From NCBI GenBank assembly GCA_051453625.1, contig JBOZIK010000001.1, positions 37,047,127 to 37,110,059 on the forward strand: a stretch of 62,933 nt of DNA, read 5' to 3'. The stretch comes from Welwitschia mirabilis (lineage: Eukaryota). Shown piece after piece: positions 25,801-40,800 of the stretch; within the stretch, counting starts at the first letter, position 1, and each line of letters opens with the position of its first letter. The translations under genes and the position numbers were made by a program. The notes beneath the pieces are model-generated. The model saw only the letters and a program-made list of their open reading frames with translations, was not told the DNA's origin and searched no databases.

Positions 25801-28334
25801 CATCCCATCTTGTAAAGAAGAATATCTTATTCTTTAGGTCTTTTCTTTTATTNNNNNNNNNNNNNNNNNNNNNNNNNNNNNNNNNNNNNNNNNNNNNNNN
25901 NNNNNNNNNNNNNNNNNNNNNNNNNNNNNNCTTGAAAACTAGATGATTTTCTAAACTCCTCCATTTTGTTGTACTTGCATGCAAGAAGTCTTTTTACTCT
26001 CCCTGTGATGAATGCAAGTTATTCATTTACTTCATCATCAAAGTCATCTTCTTCATGTTCTCTCTTTGTCTTTTCTTTTGAATTCTATTTTGTGATTTCA
26101 CTTACCTAAGAGTAATGGGTTTTTATTTTAAGGATTCATCTTGAATGAGATTTATTTTATATGTTGTAAAAGCACTTTGTAGATTTTTTGTCTTTATGGT
26201 GTTAAAATCTCTTAACTCTTCATAGCTATAATTTTGGGCCTGTATTTATAATTTAGAGATCTAATAACCTTTTAATTACCTTTGCTTCTAGAATATTTTT
26301 TTTAATTATTTGTACTATGTTCACAACATTTGAGACTCTTGTGAAGCACTCATGAGCTCTTTCTCTATGGTTCATTTTAAGTTTCTCAAATTGATTCATC
26401 CATATGAGAAGGTTTGATTGTTTAATAATAGAAGTACCTTCATATGTTTCAACTAGAATGTTCCAAATTTCTTGTATAGTCTTGCAACTTGCTATTCTAT
26501 TAAATATTCTATTTTTAAAGTAGAATAAAGTGCATTTTTAACTTTAGAGTCATACATAAAAGCAACTTTCTCTTTATCTTCTCAATATTTTCTTTGCTTG
26601 ATCTGAGTGATGGTACTACCTGTAACATTTGTTATGTATTCTATAGGATCTGTATATCCTTCTTCTATGCTTTGCCATACTTGAAACTCAAATGACTATA
26701 AGTACACCCACATACTCATCTTTTAATAGGCATAGTTTATCCCATCGAAGAGTAAAGGTCTAGCACATGATACCGCTTACCATTGTTTACTCAAGGAACT
26801 TACTTCTTTTTATGATTAGTAGCTCTGATACCACTTAAGGATTATTGAACCTAGAGGGAAGGGGTGAATGAGTTCTAGCAAATAAAAATTTAAATCAAAT
26901 AACAGAATGAAAAAGCACAATAATAAACACCTTATCAAGATAATATGATTTTTCAACTTGGATATGTCTACATATAGAGGGTAGATTTTTCTCACACATC
27001 TAGATACTCTTGACCTACAAGAAAATAGTGGTTTTTTGGTGCACCACCAACTTTACAATAAGTAAGAATATCCTCATAAGATAGTAATCTCTTCCTCACA
27101 GGGAAAGAGTGGTTTTGCCAAGTGCACCACAAACCTTACAATAAGTGAAAGTCTCTTACAAGGCAACACTTTATTCCCTATAGGGAAATAGTGGTTTTTT
27201 GGCTTACCATACATCTTACAATAAAGCAAGTGCTCACAAGCATAACCTCAAATGCACACCCATATAGGGGTTGCCTTACAAAGAGTTTGATTTAATATAA
27301 GAATAAACTTATAATAATATTTAAAAATAAGATAGTCTAACAAATATAAGATCTACAAAAGCAATTTAACAAGAAATATGTAACTTTGAAGAAAGCTTGA
27401 GTTCCTAGTTATTGTCATTGTTACAAGTGAAAGAGAGTGATGTAACAATGTAGGATCCAAGATTGAATGATAAAGACACTATAAGCTCCTTTGCAATGAT
27501 GATTTTGATCCTTCATGAGATGTTATAATCATTCGTGCATTCGTGTTCTAAGCTAAATTCATTCATTATATTTCTTTGAAGCATCAAAGTTTTAAAAGTT
27601 GTATTTTATTTTGTGATGTCAAGCCTTTATATCATTGAAGAAAAATTAGCCTCTTGACCTTGGACAATATTCATTAACTTTGGAACTTTCATGCAAGGAA
27701 TAGGAAACATCTAAGCATTGGATGCACTTTTTCATTTTTCATCGATGTGAACTTTGGTCTAAGATGCCTTCAAATTTGTAAATGTCTACTAATACTTAGA
27801 TCTCTACTAATGGTTAGACATCTTCACCTTATAGACATGTTTAGTTGACTTGCCGAGATTTGATAAATAATAGTCTATATGATTCTTGGGCCTTCAAGAT
27901 CATGAATCTATGATGTAAAAGTTGATAGTTAATTTAAAATGTAAAATATTATTCAAAATCCAAATTAACTCTAATTACCTATTTTACTTCAGTATAGATG
28001 TCTTCAATTATGTAGGAATCTTTATCTATGTCAAGTTTAAATTTCAACATAGTTATCTTTGATGAGATAGTCATCCTTAGTGTGTAACCTAAAATTTGGT
28101 ACATCAGAGATGTCTTCAATCTGTAGATGTCTTCACCAGAGACATCTTTAATTTTATAGATGTTTTCAAATAATTGATTTTGCATTTCAATTACTATTCA
28201 TTTTTGTGAGATATTGTCTTTGAATATCTATCATTATCTTATGCTTATCATGGTTTGATGTTTATTGTAATGACATGTCATACAATGATATAAATATTTG
28301 AAAAGTGAAATCATCAAAACTAGATTTACCAATA
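22844..28334 (-). mobile_element. SIRE/Sirevirus-like copia element: 5' LTR (~26836-28334), PBS-Met, decayed gag, palindrome array and accessory ORF; no pol detected
   Basis: Perfect PBS GCTCTGATACCA at 26822-26833. LTR starts TATTGGTAAATCTAGTTTTGATGAT and ends with ATTCACCCCTTCCCTCTAGG (SIRE-type U5). Gag N-terminus RPLLFDGINYAY at ~26760 and a CCHC-like remnant at ~25250-25290. Accessory-ORF motif PIITEFYVN at 23847-23873. The 3' end is lost at gap 22744-22843. Confidence 0.75.
27015..27235. repeat. Three ~82-bp tandem repeats inside the SIRE-like LTR
   Basis: AA(T/G)AGTGGTTTT...CAC...C(C/T)TTACAATAA units at ~27023, ~27105 and ~27186. Confidence 0.85.
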
Positions 28335-28843
28335 GGAAAATAGGATCAAATTCTACTTATTCTTTATTATCATTTTTATACTTTAAGAAAAATATCTTAT
28401 ATTATTATTATATATTTACCTATAAGTAGGTTTTAGGTTATTTTGATTTTCAAATATTAATGATGTTATAATTTTGTATTTCCTATTTTTTCTAGTTTTT
28501 ATCACCTAGAAAGATAACTTGAATACGGTTAAGGAATATAAACTTATTATAAAATATATGTAAATAAGTTTAAAAATAGTATAAAACCAATATAATAAAA
28601 GGTTGTAACTCCCACTAATAGTATTCCAATCCAATATTTCACCACCCTCTAGATGTAAGTTGATTTTACTTCAGGTTCTAAACTATGTAAACATGGTTGG
28701 GATCAACTTAATAGGTGTAGACTTCACCTCGATATACTCCCAATATAGGTGACATGTAATACATGAGGTGGATGCATGCTTACAAGTGACCTCTGCTTCC
28801 TTGAATCATCTCTAGATGGTGTAATATGATTTTTAATGAAAAG

Positions 28844-31800
28844 TGATAACATGCAAAAATTGAAATTTAAATCAAATAATTAAGGCCTTATGAGTATGTT
28901 TAATTAATCATCATGATGGTTTTAAGTAATTCTTATGTTTAAGGCCATGGAAATCTAGTTTTACTACTAATCTGCCTTACTACTGATATTTTTTAGGATA
29001 AATGTATTATCAAAAGCATTGTGATAGAAGATGGAGGTGTGTTGAGCATAACTGGTAGCAACATTAGTTACTTTAATTAGAATAGTACCATACTCATGTT
29101 TCTAAGTTATATTAATGTAAGTAATCCATTATGACTATTTTTGCAAATAAAATATGAATGAGGAATATTTTCTGGGAAGAACCTCTCAATTTAGCTCCAT
29201 GACTAAACGATAATCTCATATACTTTTAGGCACTCTTTAAAATGACTTCATTAGGTCTTTTGAGCTTGATATTGGACTATATGAATGCTAACATCTATGA
29301 TGGATGACATTATGCCATTGTGCTTGACTTGAAAGTANNNNNNNNNNNNNNNNNNNNNNNNNNNNNNNNNNNNNNNNNNNNNNNNNNNNNNNNNNNNNNN
29401 NNNNNNNNNNNNNNNNNNNNNNNNNNNNNNNNNNNNNGATGGATGACATTATGCCATTGTGCTTGACTTGAAAGTAAAATCTACATGACTTTACTTTAGT
29501 ACTTATATTTTTTTTCATGAAGTTATTATTCTAGTTTGAATGCTATGTCCAATTCCTAGATTTCTCATATAATTTTGACTCTTTATTACTTATTATTATT
29601 ATTCTTGTTTTACTGATTACTTTTGTTATCTATCTTTGTGGAAGAACAATGCTAGGAATATCCTACAAACAGAAGTCCTAGTATTATTGATAAAAGTTGG
29701 ATTTAACTACATAAGATTTATATTCCTAAGGCATTTATGCTATTTTCTATATATTAATGATAAGTACAAGTGTAGATAGATTTCATCGTAACTAGCTTTT
29801 TCACATTATTGCTAAGGAGAATGACATGGTAGCTACTATGGGGTGTGTATAGAATTTGCTTTTTTATACCCTTTTTAGTTTTTCTTTTTCTTTTTTATCC
29901 TTTTATAATAGTCCTCTTTTACTAATTTTTTATTTTTATTTCTTATCATACCTAGCACTTGATTGACAGAACTTGATCTGATAACTTTTTTTCTTTTTCT
30001 CCTCTTTATTTTTCTTTTTCTTTTGTTTTTGTTTTACTTTCTTTTTTTTCTTTTCTTACAAAGATTATATAGTCTATCAAACTTTCTTTCAAGGGTTAAT
30101 CTTTTATAGGTTTGCCAAAAAAAAAAAAAGAAGAAAAATCAAAACAAAAAAATAAAAAAGATTTTTTTTCCTATCCATCTTCTCTCCCTACTATATCTTC
30201 TCTCTTATCTCTTGCCTTCTCTATCTCAAATGACTTTGTCAGCAAGTACTTGAAGATAATTTATGAAGAAGAACTTCATCAAAACAAATATTAGAAAAGT
30301 GATTTAATCTTTATATTATTTATTTTTGCAAATGTTTATTTCTTGAATTACATTAGATTTTAGATTCATTATTGCATTAGCACTTCTTGAAATCTTCATT
30401 TTTTTTCTTTGGTCAGTTAAGTAACCCAACTTATCATCTCAAACTATTATTTTTCCTAAGAGATTTACTATCATTTTTCCTAAAACATCTTTATGCCATC
30501 TTAATGATACTTCCATCTTCCCATATCAGGACTACCAACTTCTTACATTAAATTTCCTTAACTTTTATAAAACTTATATTTATGACATCTTAAACTTTTT
30601 TACTTATCATATTTATGCAAAAATATAATCCATCTTAACTATTTTCTTAAATTTCATGAATTGGAAACCAATTTCTAATGGTAGATCGTATGTAATCTCT
30701 CTAAATTTCAAAATGGAGAGAAACCATAATAACTAGTTACAAGAGAAACCTAAACAAAGATAAAAAAACTTTGGAAGTAATTTTAACATTAACCAATCTA
30801 GAATAGTTTTAAAAGAATACCTACAACCACAATTTGTAGGTACACCTTATTGTAGTGCCCAACTCTCTAATGCTAAGAGAATTAACTTTGAACTAGTACT
30901 TATTTGAATTCTTCCATATTTTATGGTTTACAGCCATAGGATCTTACTTACATCTTAATGACTTTGAGTGTGTTCTTTTTATAATCACTTAAAATATTAA
31001 TGCATCCAATGNNNNNNNNNNNNNNNNNNNNNNNNNNNNNNNNNNNNNNNNNNNNNNNNNNNNNNNNNNNNNNNNNNNNNNNNNNNNNNNNNNNNNNNNN
31101 NNNNNNNNNNNNNNNNNNNNNNNNNNNNNNNNNNNNNNNNNNNNNNNNNNNNNNNNNNNNNNNNNNNNNNNNNNNNNNNNNNNNNNNNNNNNNNNNNNNN
31201 NNNNNNNNNNNNNNNNNNNNNNNNNNNNNNNNNNNNNNNNNNNNNNNNNNNNNNNNNNNNNNNNNNNNNNNNNNNNNNNNNNNNNNNNNNNNNNNNNNNN
31301 NNNNNNNNNNNNNNNNNNNNNNNNNNNNNNNNNNNNNNNNNNNNNNNNNNNNNNNNNNNNNNNNNNNNNNNNNNNNNNNNNNNNNNNNNNNNNNNNNNNN
31401 NNNNNNNNNNNNNNNNNNNNNNNNNNNNNNNNNNNNNNNNNNNNNNNNNNNNNNNNNNNNNNNNNNNNNNNNNNNNNNNNNNNNNNNNTTATAATCAATT
31501 AAAATATTAATGCATCCAATGCACTTAGATTTATCGTGTTCCCTTTTGATCATTTTCCCTTTCTCCTTTAAAGAAAAGATGAAATTTTGGTTTTATACAT
31601 TAAAACCTATTTCCATTACTACTTCAGCTAAACTTACTTAATAATTCATTAGAAAATGTTTTCTTAGAAATAAGATAATGGGTGGCTTATATGATAAAAT
31701 AAGTGTAGAAAGTATTATAAGATAATTTTAGAAACTATAAATAATGCTGGAAAAAATGTAGAAACTATGCTAGTACTAACCCAAAAGAAGCACACATCAT

Positions 31801-34800
31801 TAAATAAAAATACATCAAAGGCTTAATAAAGAACTAGTTAAGAAATAATCATTTAGTTTAAAATTCATCATCACAATAGTCTTGTAATAATTTTACTTAA
31901 ACTAGTCAGGCTATTCATTGAAGCTTAATTACTATATACATATTTTACACTAAGGGTAAATAATGGAAGAAATAAAACATGATAGAAGTTAATGAAACTA
32001 CTGAGCAATACTTATTTCTTAGTACTAGAATTATCCTAGTTTATGTTCAACTACACAAATAGGAGAAAGATAGAAGTAATATTACTTTTTAAAGTAATAA
32101 AGTATGCACACAATAATACTAAAATGCTTTTTTGCTTTATATTGAAATATCAATTATTACATAAAGATGAACTAACAACTATGTTCTCCTTTGTAGGTAA
32201 TATTATGGAGTGTAGGAAAATGCTATTGACACCTTTGCAAGCTAGCAGGAGTTCCTTAACTTAACCTTCTTACCTTGTCTATTCCTAGAACATTTTTGCC
32301 AAAAAGATCACCACCTTTGGTGGTGATCACATTCTTATACCCTTGTTAGTTTGTTTGTTTTCATTCTTTGCTCCTGAGGAATAGGTATATGGTTGGGGTT
32401 ATTTTGTTGATTCGCTACATTATCATTCTCTCTTATCTTCATGCCATGTGGCATCCTGTACCTAGAACACAATAATGAAATATATTCATACTAACCTACT
32501 AACATACGAAATAACTAATCTATTAATTAGTGTGAATAAAAATAGATAAAAACATCTATTTATTGATAAATACATGATTGAGAAAATGAAAAACACTTCA
32601 TTAATAAGCAAGATTTATATAAAATTCATCCTCATTATAAGACCAATGTCATTAGAAGAGAAATTATGAACTCCCAATAAAAGGATACTAAAACATTCTC
32701 TTACGTCTTAGAAAGATCTAAAGATCTACTTCTTACATGCCCATAACATGGTTTGAATAAGGAAGAGTTATCACAAGATTCTTTTATGAAGGACTTTCTT
32801 CCAATCATAGAAAACTTATAGAGATGATATGTAGAGGAACTTTCTAAATCATGAGATTAATGAAGCTTATGATTTTTTTTAGAATATAATTGAAATATCT
32901 AAGAATTGGGAGAAAAATAATAATCCAATAAGATTACAACAATCTATTAGGTTAATTAGTATCTTTAAAATCCCTGATAATAAGGAGGTTAATTAAAAGT
33001 TAAATAAAATTTCTAAGAAAATTAAGAATCTTGGTACAAACGCTAAGCCCATAACTCCTTCTCTTCATTATAACATTTATCTTATGGATACTTATGAAAC
33101 CCTAGATTAACCATCCATTCCCATGTTTTAAGAAGTAATATTAAAACAAGAAGTAGTAGAAAAACCAAAGAGTAAAAAAACCCCTACTTTAACATTCATA
33201 ACTTTGGATGCTACCTAAGTTTCACATGGAAATAAGATAATTCAAGTCAAGCTTTAACTAGTTAATCTAAGAGTTGAAATCCTCCTACAACTTCCAACTC
33301 TTTAGAGGCTATGCTTCACAACTTCATGAAATCTCAACACAATATCAACACCTCAAAATAACAATTTAACTAAAAAACCTCTTTCATATTACAAAAGTTA
33401 GGGTAATAAATGCAATAACTAAGTTGAACCATCACACATATTCTTACATCACTCTAGAAACATGAGAAGGGAAAGATTTATGTTATACATAAGCCTAATC
33501 CTGGTAGTCATAAGTTAATGAAAGAAGCATAAATTAAGAAAATTAAGATCATACAATTACAAAGTGGGAAAGAAATCAAGAAAGAGATAGAAGAGAAATA
33601 ATCACAAGAGGAAGAAGTAGAGCAAGATAAGTCTAAATTAAGAAGTAAAATAAGTTATTATACCTTACAAATAACTCCTACCCTTTCCTCAATAACTAGA
33701 AAAATTCAACTGGCTAAGAAATAACAAGAAGAACTAGAAATTTTCAAGGAAGTAAAGACCAATATCCCTATTTTAGAATCCATTAATAAAGTATTTTCCT
33801 ATGCTAACTTCTTAAAGAATATATGAATTGTCAAAAGAAAAATGAATGTGAAAAGTAAAGCCTTTTATGCTCAACAAGCTAATGTTATTATTCACACTAA
33901 AATTTCCCTAGAATACAAAGATCTAGTATGTCTTACCATAGCCATTACTATTAGGAATACAAAATTTCAAGAAGCCTTATTAGATCTTAGAACTACTATC
34001 AATTTTTTCCCTTATAGTCTTTTCAAGGAAATTGATCTAACTAATATAAAAAATAACAAACAATAATTACAATTTGCTAATGATTATTTGAAAGCACTTT
34101 GGACATAATAGAGGATGTGATTATTCAAGTAAATAATTGCTACTTTCTTGTGGACTTTATAATTTTGAAGATGGAAAAGACTATTTACACCATTATTATT
34201 AAGACATTTTGTGCTACTTTTAATGCTCTTATCAATTGTAGAAATGATCCTATGAATATTTCATTTAGTAACATGACTATCTAATTAAATATCTTTAATA
34301 CCATGAAATAATCTAATGATTTAAAAGGAGTAGAGTTTATTGAAAGTCTTAATGATTTTGATCCTTCTTATTATGAGAAAATGATCCTTCTTTTGATGTA
34401 TACTTACCTATTGAGAATTTAAGATATCTTTTTGATGATGACTCTCCTTATTCTTTGATTTCTGATTCATCTATATCTTCATCAAAGAAACATGTTTTGT
34501 AAGAATTATTAATTAAGCAAGAGAAAGGAATAGGATGGTTCTCTAAAGATTTAGAATGTTTGAATCCTAATGAGTATTCTTTCAATACCCTTCTTGAGTA
34601 TTTAATTCATGTCTGGAATCTTGTCATAAAAAATTTTTTAAGCCTAATTTATCACTTGATCAATCATCTTGTTATTTTAATTGAAAAAATCCTAATCATT
34701 TAAAAATTTCTCTCTCATTATGAGTACACACCATTCCTATGATCCTAACTTGATTTGATCAAATGAGCTTAAATTAGAATTATCTACTCTAGCTTTGAGA

Positions 34801-37800
34801 TGCTTGGATCAAATTATGAAAAACCCTCATGCATTCAAGGATGCTATTTTCATAGAAAACCCTAATCATATCCATTTACCTCATGCACACTTTAGCCATT
34901 TTTATTCATCTAAATCACCTTCATATAATCCTTCATCACCTACATTTCATCCATCCTCTTATGAGCTCATGAGACTCACTGATCTTAGTTAATGTTTTTT
35001 CTTGAATCCAAGAATAAAAAGTTCTTTTATCTTTTCAAAGATTAGTTGAAATTTTATAAGTTTTTGCTTTTTCATTAGATATTACCTTAATGTTTTTCAT
35101 TTAGAGATCTCCAATTTGGAATCAAGAAAAAGATGGATTTTGTTCTTTCATGGCAGTTTTTTTAATTTCAAAGTATTTATTAGGATGAGATCACATATTT
35201 ATTAGGATAATGAGCCAACAATGCCTTTATGTGCTATAAATGTATAAAATAATTAAAAAAATAAAGAGTAAAGAAAATCAGGAAAATATCAAAACTCTTT
35301 TATCACATTTTTATTATCATATCTATTGGGTTTAGTTAATCACATTGGGGCTATGAATAACTACTAGAAATGTAGCTCTAATTATTCATTTATAATACAT
35401 TCATCTACATTAAGGCTATAAATGCTTACTAGTAATATAACACTGAATCCTTCTTGTATAACATGTTAAATATATTAGAAGAAAGTATCACATTACTAAA
35501 TGTTAATGTGATCAAATGCTTGAAAATTAAATGTCCATGGAAGAAGAAGGGAAATGAATGAAATTAAGTTGGGATTAGAAAGATCTTCTATTTACTTATT
35601 TTAACAATTTAATTTAAGATTCTTTGGCTACTTATGAAGTTGCAAAGATTTACTATTTTATACTTTCCTTTGTCTTAATAAAGGATCCATCCAAATTTAT
35701 GAAAATGAATAAGACTATTATCTTACATACATTTGGTCTCACTTACTTAGAGGATCCATAGTAGGATTTGTTATTTCATTTTTCTATTTCATCAAATTTT
35801 CATTCACTTTGAACATCCATACCAACTCATAATTCTTTGATTTTCCTTCTATGAAAAATCACACCAACAAGTACATTATGTTTTTTGTGATTTAACCCAT
35901 TTATTCATGTTTAGATATAAGGTAAACTTTATTTGAGTTATTAATAAAATATAGTCATTTAATAGTCATCATTTTACTTACTTTCTATAAAACCCCATGA
36001 TTTTTTAACCACCTATATCAAGAAATCATAGTTTTTTTAACCTTCATACTACTACAACCCTCCTTATATTCTTCTAATGTGCATCTCTACATTCTGACAA
36101 TGCTACCATCTGCTATTTCTAGTGTTGCCATTTATTCTCTTTGTTGCATGTTTAACTTCTTCTTGCAATGCTATTTTGGCTTCTTCCTGATTTAAGCCCA
36201 CTGTCATGTCTAAAATGTTTCTATTTTTCTTTTAATTTATTTTTTACTTTCTTAAGATTTACCTTTATTTTTCTTTTATCTTCATTTCTGTTTCTTTATT
36301 TTATTCTACGATCTCATAACATAATGAGTGAAATGGCAGGATTTACTTTGGAAGAAGACATCTTCACATCATTTCTTGCTTTATTTGCATTATTATATCT
36401 CAGTAAAATTTAATTAATGAATTAGAATTATTTGTTAAAGGAATATTTCACTTATTACTTCCCAAAGGCTCTTTTAGAGTTCTACCAGAATGCAAAAGTT
36501 AATGAAGGTGATCCTTCAACATATTTCTTTTATTATTTTCCTTATTGATGTAGAATCTTTGTTAGGAGTTAAATACCATAATAGCTTACCTTGTGTAATT
36601 ACCAAATATATTAGCTATTATTGTGCTATACTTAATGTTAAATATAGAGATAGAGCCCTTCCTTGCAAATGTCTCTATAAAAATTAATTTGCACTTTTTG
36701 GGTTTATCATTCAAAATGTTTTGCCTAAATCTCATGTAAGCAATGCCTATAGTAGTCACCTTGATATGATTAGGATTATCAAGATAGTAAAATATTTGAT
36801 ATTATTAAACATCTCTTTACTATTATCATAAATGTACGGATCATAAGAGTAATCTTTCCTTCTCTTGATTAATTTCAAACTTGATGCAAGATGCCTTAGC
36901 TCATACCCTATACTTTAAAGGATAAGATAGGAACTTTATAGAGACTTACCCCTAAAATAATTACTAAACTTGGTAAGTGTAAAAATTAAGATTTAATTCT
37001 ATGAGGTCTTCAAGAGATTCAAGAAGAAAAAAAAGAATATCCTTAAAGGACTACTCCTCCTTCTCATCCTCCTCCTTCTTCTTTTCCCCACTCTTCACCC
37101 ACTACAAGAAGAAAGGAAAAGACTCATAGTGGTGAAATCCCTTATTTATTTTCTTCTCTATCTTATTTTTGCTTCTTCTTCTATTCTTTCACTACTTCAA
37201 GTGATACCTTTTTAAAGGAACTCCCCAAATCTCAAAGGACTTGGATTGAAAAATTATGGAAAAAAATAAAAAAGATTGGAAAGAAACAAAATGAGATGTT
37301 AAAGAAATAAGAATAAATGAACCAGAAGTTGGAGAGGTTGACCTCTCACAAAAGATATTTGAGTTAAATTTCTTTTACTCTCTCATAAAAAAATCTTTGA
37401 GTTAGATATCTTTGACTCTCTCACTCTCACCCTAGCTATATTGTAATTACATATTGATTTGTTATAATGTCTTTTTTATGTAATGGAAAATCAACATAAA
37501 TTTATGTTTTGTAAATTTTATTTTAATTATGAACTAATACTTCATTGCAAAATCCTTACTTTGGTTTAAGGCTTTAATATATGATCTTTAATGCATAACT
37601 CTTAACAAAGTTGGCACTACCATCCTCCTTAATTGGCCACTGCCTTAATCTACACAAATATATTTCCTTTTTCCATATACATTCTACATTACATTTCCTA
37701 TGTTTTTAGCATTCACATCTTTGTTAAGAATTTAGATAAATTGACTGGTTTAGATTCATCATTTATTCCTCCATTTTAAAATAATCACATTCATTTCATT

Positions 37801-40800
37801 CTTCTTTTTTTTAGTCATTTTCTGATTATTTATGCAATCACACATTTTAAATATAGAAATTTAAGTTATTACAACTAAAGATTTATTTTTTATTTTTAGT
37901 CTTCCATGTGCATTAGTTTGTATTTCATACTTTCTAGTTTAATCATGAATTGCACATTTTCTTTTTCATAATTTTCCTTTATATCTCATTTTATACTATA
38001 TTAACACATGCATAATTTATTCCTTATTGTATTCACATTTAATTCTCCATCTTCCAAATTTTTAGGATAAAGTTTAGCTTTTGTTGAAGGAAATAGTATT
38101 TACATTTAAGTACCTACTTTTCATGATTTATAGTTTTTCTTAAGTATAATTTTAGAGTACATTGGCAAAGATTTTTTTGAAAATCCCTTAAAATCTATAT
38201 ATTTGATTGAGCTAAGTTGTAATTTTTACTGTGTTATCTAATTTTTAATACATTTTTTTGGCTAAGGGATAAGAAAAAGATTAGTTAAGAGGTATGATAA
38301 CACATAAAGACTCATATTTTCATGTAAAAATTAAGACCTTTTATCATGTTCAATTAATTATCATGATGATTTTTGTATTTATTATGATTAAGCTCATGAA
38401 ATATAGTTATAGGAGTAATCTTTCTTTCACTCTCATTTTGCAGGATAAATGTGTTATCATTATGCTAGAAGATGAAAGTGTGCTAAGAATAATTAGTGGT
38501 GATGCTAGTTCTAGGAGTGACGACACTAGTTAATTTGATCAGAATAGTACTACACTCACATCCTTGATTTCTCTTGATACAAGTAATCCATTTTGACTAT
38601 TTTCATAAATAGAAGTTAAATGAGGAATATTTTCTAAGAAGAGCCCTCAATTTGACCCCATGACTAAAAAAGATAATCCCATACACTTTGGACATTTTTA
38701 AAATGATCCAATTAGGCCTTTTGAAACCTTAATTATAGACACTAATTTTGGCCTATACATACCTAACTTCGCTTCATATCAGGACATTACTTGATATCAT
38801 TATCAAATAAATTAGAGTTTTAGTTATGAGTTCTTTCTAAGCCTTTCATAGGGATGGACTTGCTACTAAGATAATGTAATACTTCTTGATTTAGCATGAG
38901 TACATTTTTAGATTATATGCTTTTACTTTTTAAGTAATAATGTGTTACATGTTATTAGTGCATTACTTTGATATCAAGTTGTGATTGTTTTGTATTTTTT
39001 ATGCTTAGGATTGNNNNNNNNNNNNNNNNNNNNNNNNNNNNNNNNNNNNNNNNNNNNNNNNNNNNNNNNNNNNNNNNNNNNNNNNNNNNNNNNNNNNNNN
39101 NNNNNNNNNNNNNNNNNNNNNNNNNNNNNNNNNNNNNNNNNNNNNNNNNNNNNNNNNNNNNNNNNNNNNNNNNNNNNNNNNNNNNNNNNNNNNNNNNNNN
39201 NNNNNNNNNNNNNNNNNNNNNNNNNNNNNNNNNNNNNNNNNNNNNNNNNNNNNNNNNNNNNNNNNNNNNNNNNNNNNNNNNNNNNNNNNNNNNNNNNNNN
39301 NNNNNNNNNNNNNNNNNNNNNNNNNNNNNNNNNNNNNNNNNNNNNNNNNNNNNNNNNNNNNNNNNNNNNNNNNNNNNNNNNNNNNNNNNNNNNNNNNNNN
39401 NNNNNNNNNNNNNNNNNNNNNNNNNNNNNNNNNNNNNNNNNNNNNNNNNNNNNNNNNNNNNNNNNNNNNNNNNNNNNNNNNNNNNNNNNNNNNNNNNNNN
39501 NNNNNNNNNNNNNNNNNNNNNNNNNNNNNNNNNNNNNNNNNNNNNNNNNNNNNNNNNNNNNNNNNNNNNNNNNNNNNNNNNNNNNNNNNNNNNNNNNNNN
39601 NNNNNNNNNNNNNNNNNNNNNNNNNNNNNNNNNNNNNNNTATGTAATAATCTGTTACTTGTTATTAGTACATTACTTTGATATCAAGTTGTGATTGTTTT
39701 GTATTTTTTATGCTTAGGATTGGTTGAGGAATGCTTTTAATTTAAGATCCATTTAGTGATTCTCCTTTTCATTTTAGCTTGCATAAATTGAATGTTTACT
39801 TGATAGATCTTGAAAGACCTGTACTTTCCGTGCTTATTTTATTCTTACTGTAAAGGCTAGGTGGCTTAGATATATCACTTTCATGTCTATGCTAGATGAA
39901 ATTATGATATTATGCTTGATCTTGGACTACATTATCATACATTTCTATGATGGATGAGATTATGCCATTATGCTTGAGTTATAAGTAAAAGCTACATGAT
40001 TTTACTTTAGTACTTATGTTTTTCATAAATTTATTATGCTAGTTTGGTTTTATGCTCAATTCCTTGAGCCTTCATATTCACCTTTTATTACTTATTATCA
40101 TTATGCTTGCTTTACTAATAGATTTTGTTATCTATCTTTGTAAACGAATGATACTAGAACTATAGTATAAATGACAGTCCTAGTATAATGGTAAAAGTTA
40201 GGTCTGATCATGTAAGATTTATATTCGTANNNNNNNNNNNNNNNNNNNNNNNNNNNNNNNNNNNNNNNNNNNNNNNNNNNNNNNNNNNNNNNNNNNNNNN
40301 NNNNNNNNNNNNNNNNNNNNNNNNNNNNNNNNNNNNNNNNNNNNNNNNNNNNNNNNNNNNNNNNNNNNNNNNNNNNNNNNNNNNNNNNNNNNNNNNNNNN
40401 NNNNNNNNNNNNNNNNNNNNNNNNNNNNNNNNNNNNNNNNNNNNNNNNNNNNNNNNNNNNNNNNNNNNNNNNNNNNNNNNNNNNNNNNNNNNNNNNNNNN
40501 NNNNNNNNNNNNNNNNNNNNNNNNNNNNNNNNNNNNNNNNNNNNNNNNNNNNNNNNNNNNNNNNNNNNNNNNNNNNNNNNNNNNNNNNNNNNNNNNNNNN
40601 NNNNNNNNNNNNNNNNNNNNNNNNNNNNNNNNNNNNNNNNNNNNNNNNNNNNNNNNNNNNNNNNNNNNNNNNNNNNNNNNNNNNNNNNNNNNNNNNNNNN
40701 NNNNNNNNNNNNNNNNNNNNNNNNNNNNNNNNNNNNNNNNNNNNNNNNNNNNNNNNNNNNNNNNNNNNNNNNNNNNNNNNNNNNNNNNNNNNNNNNNNNN

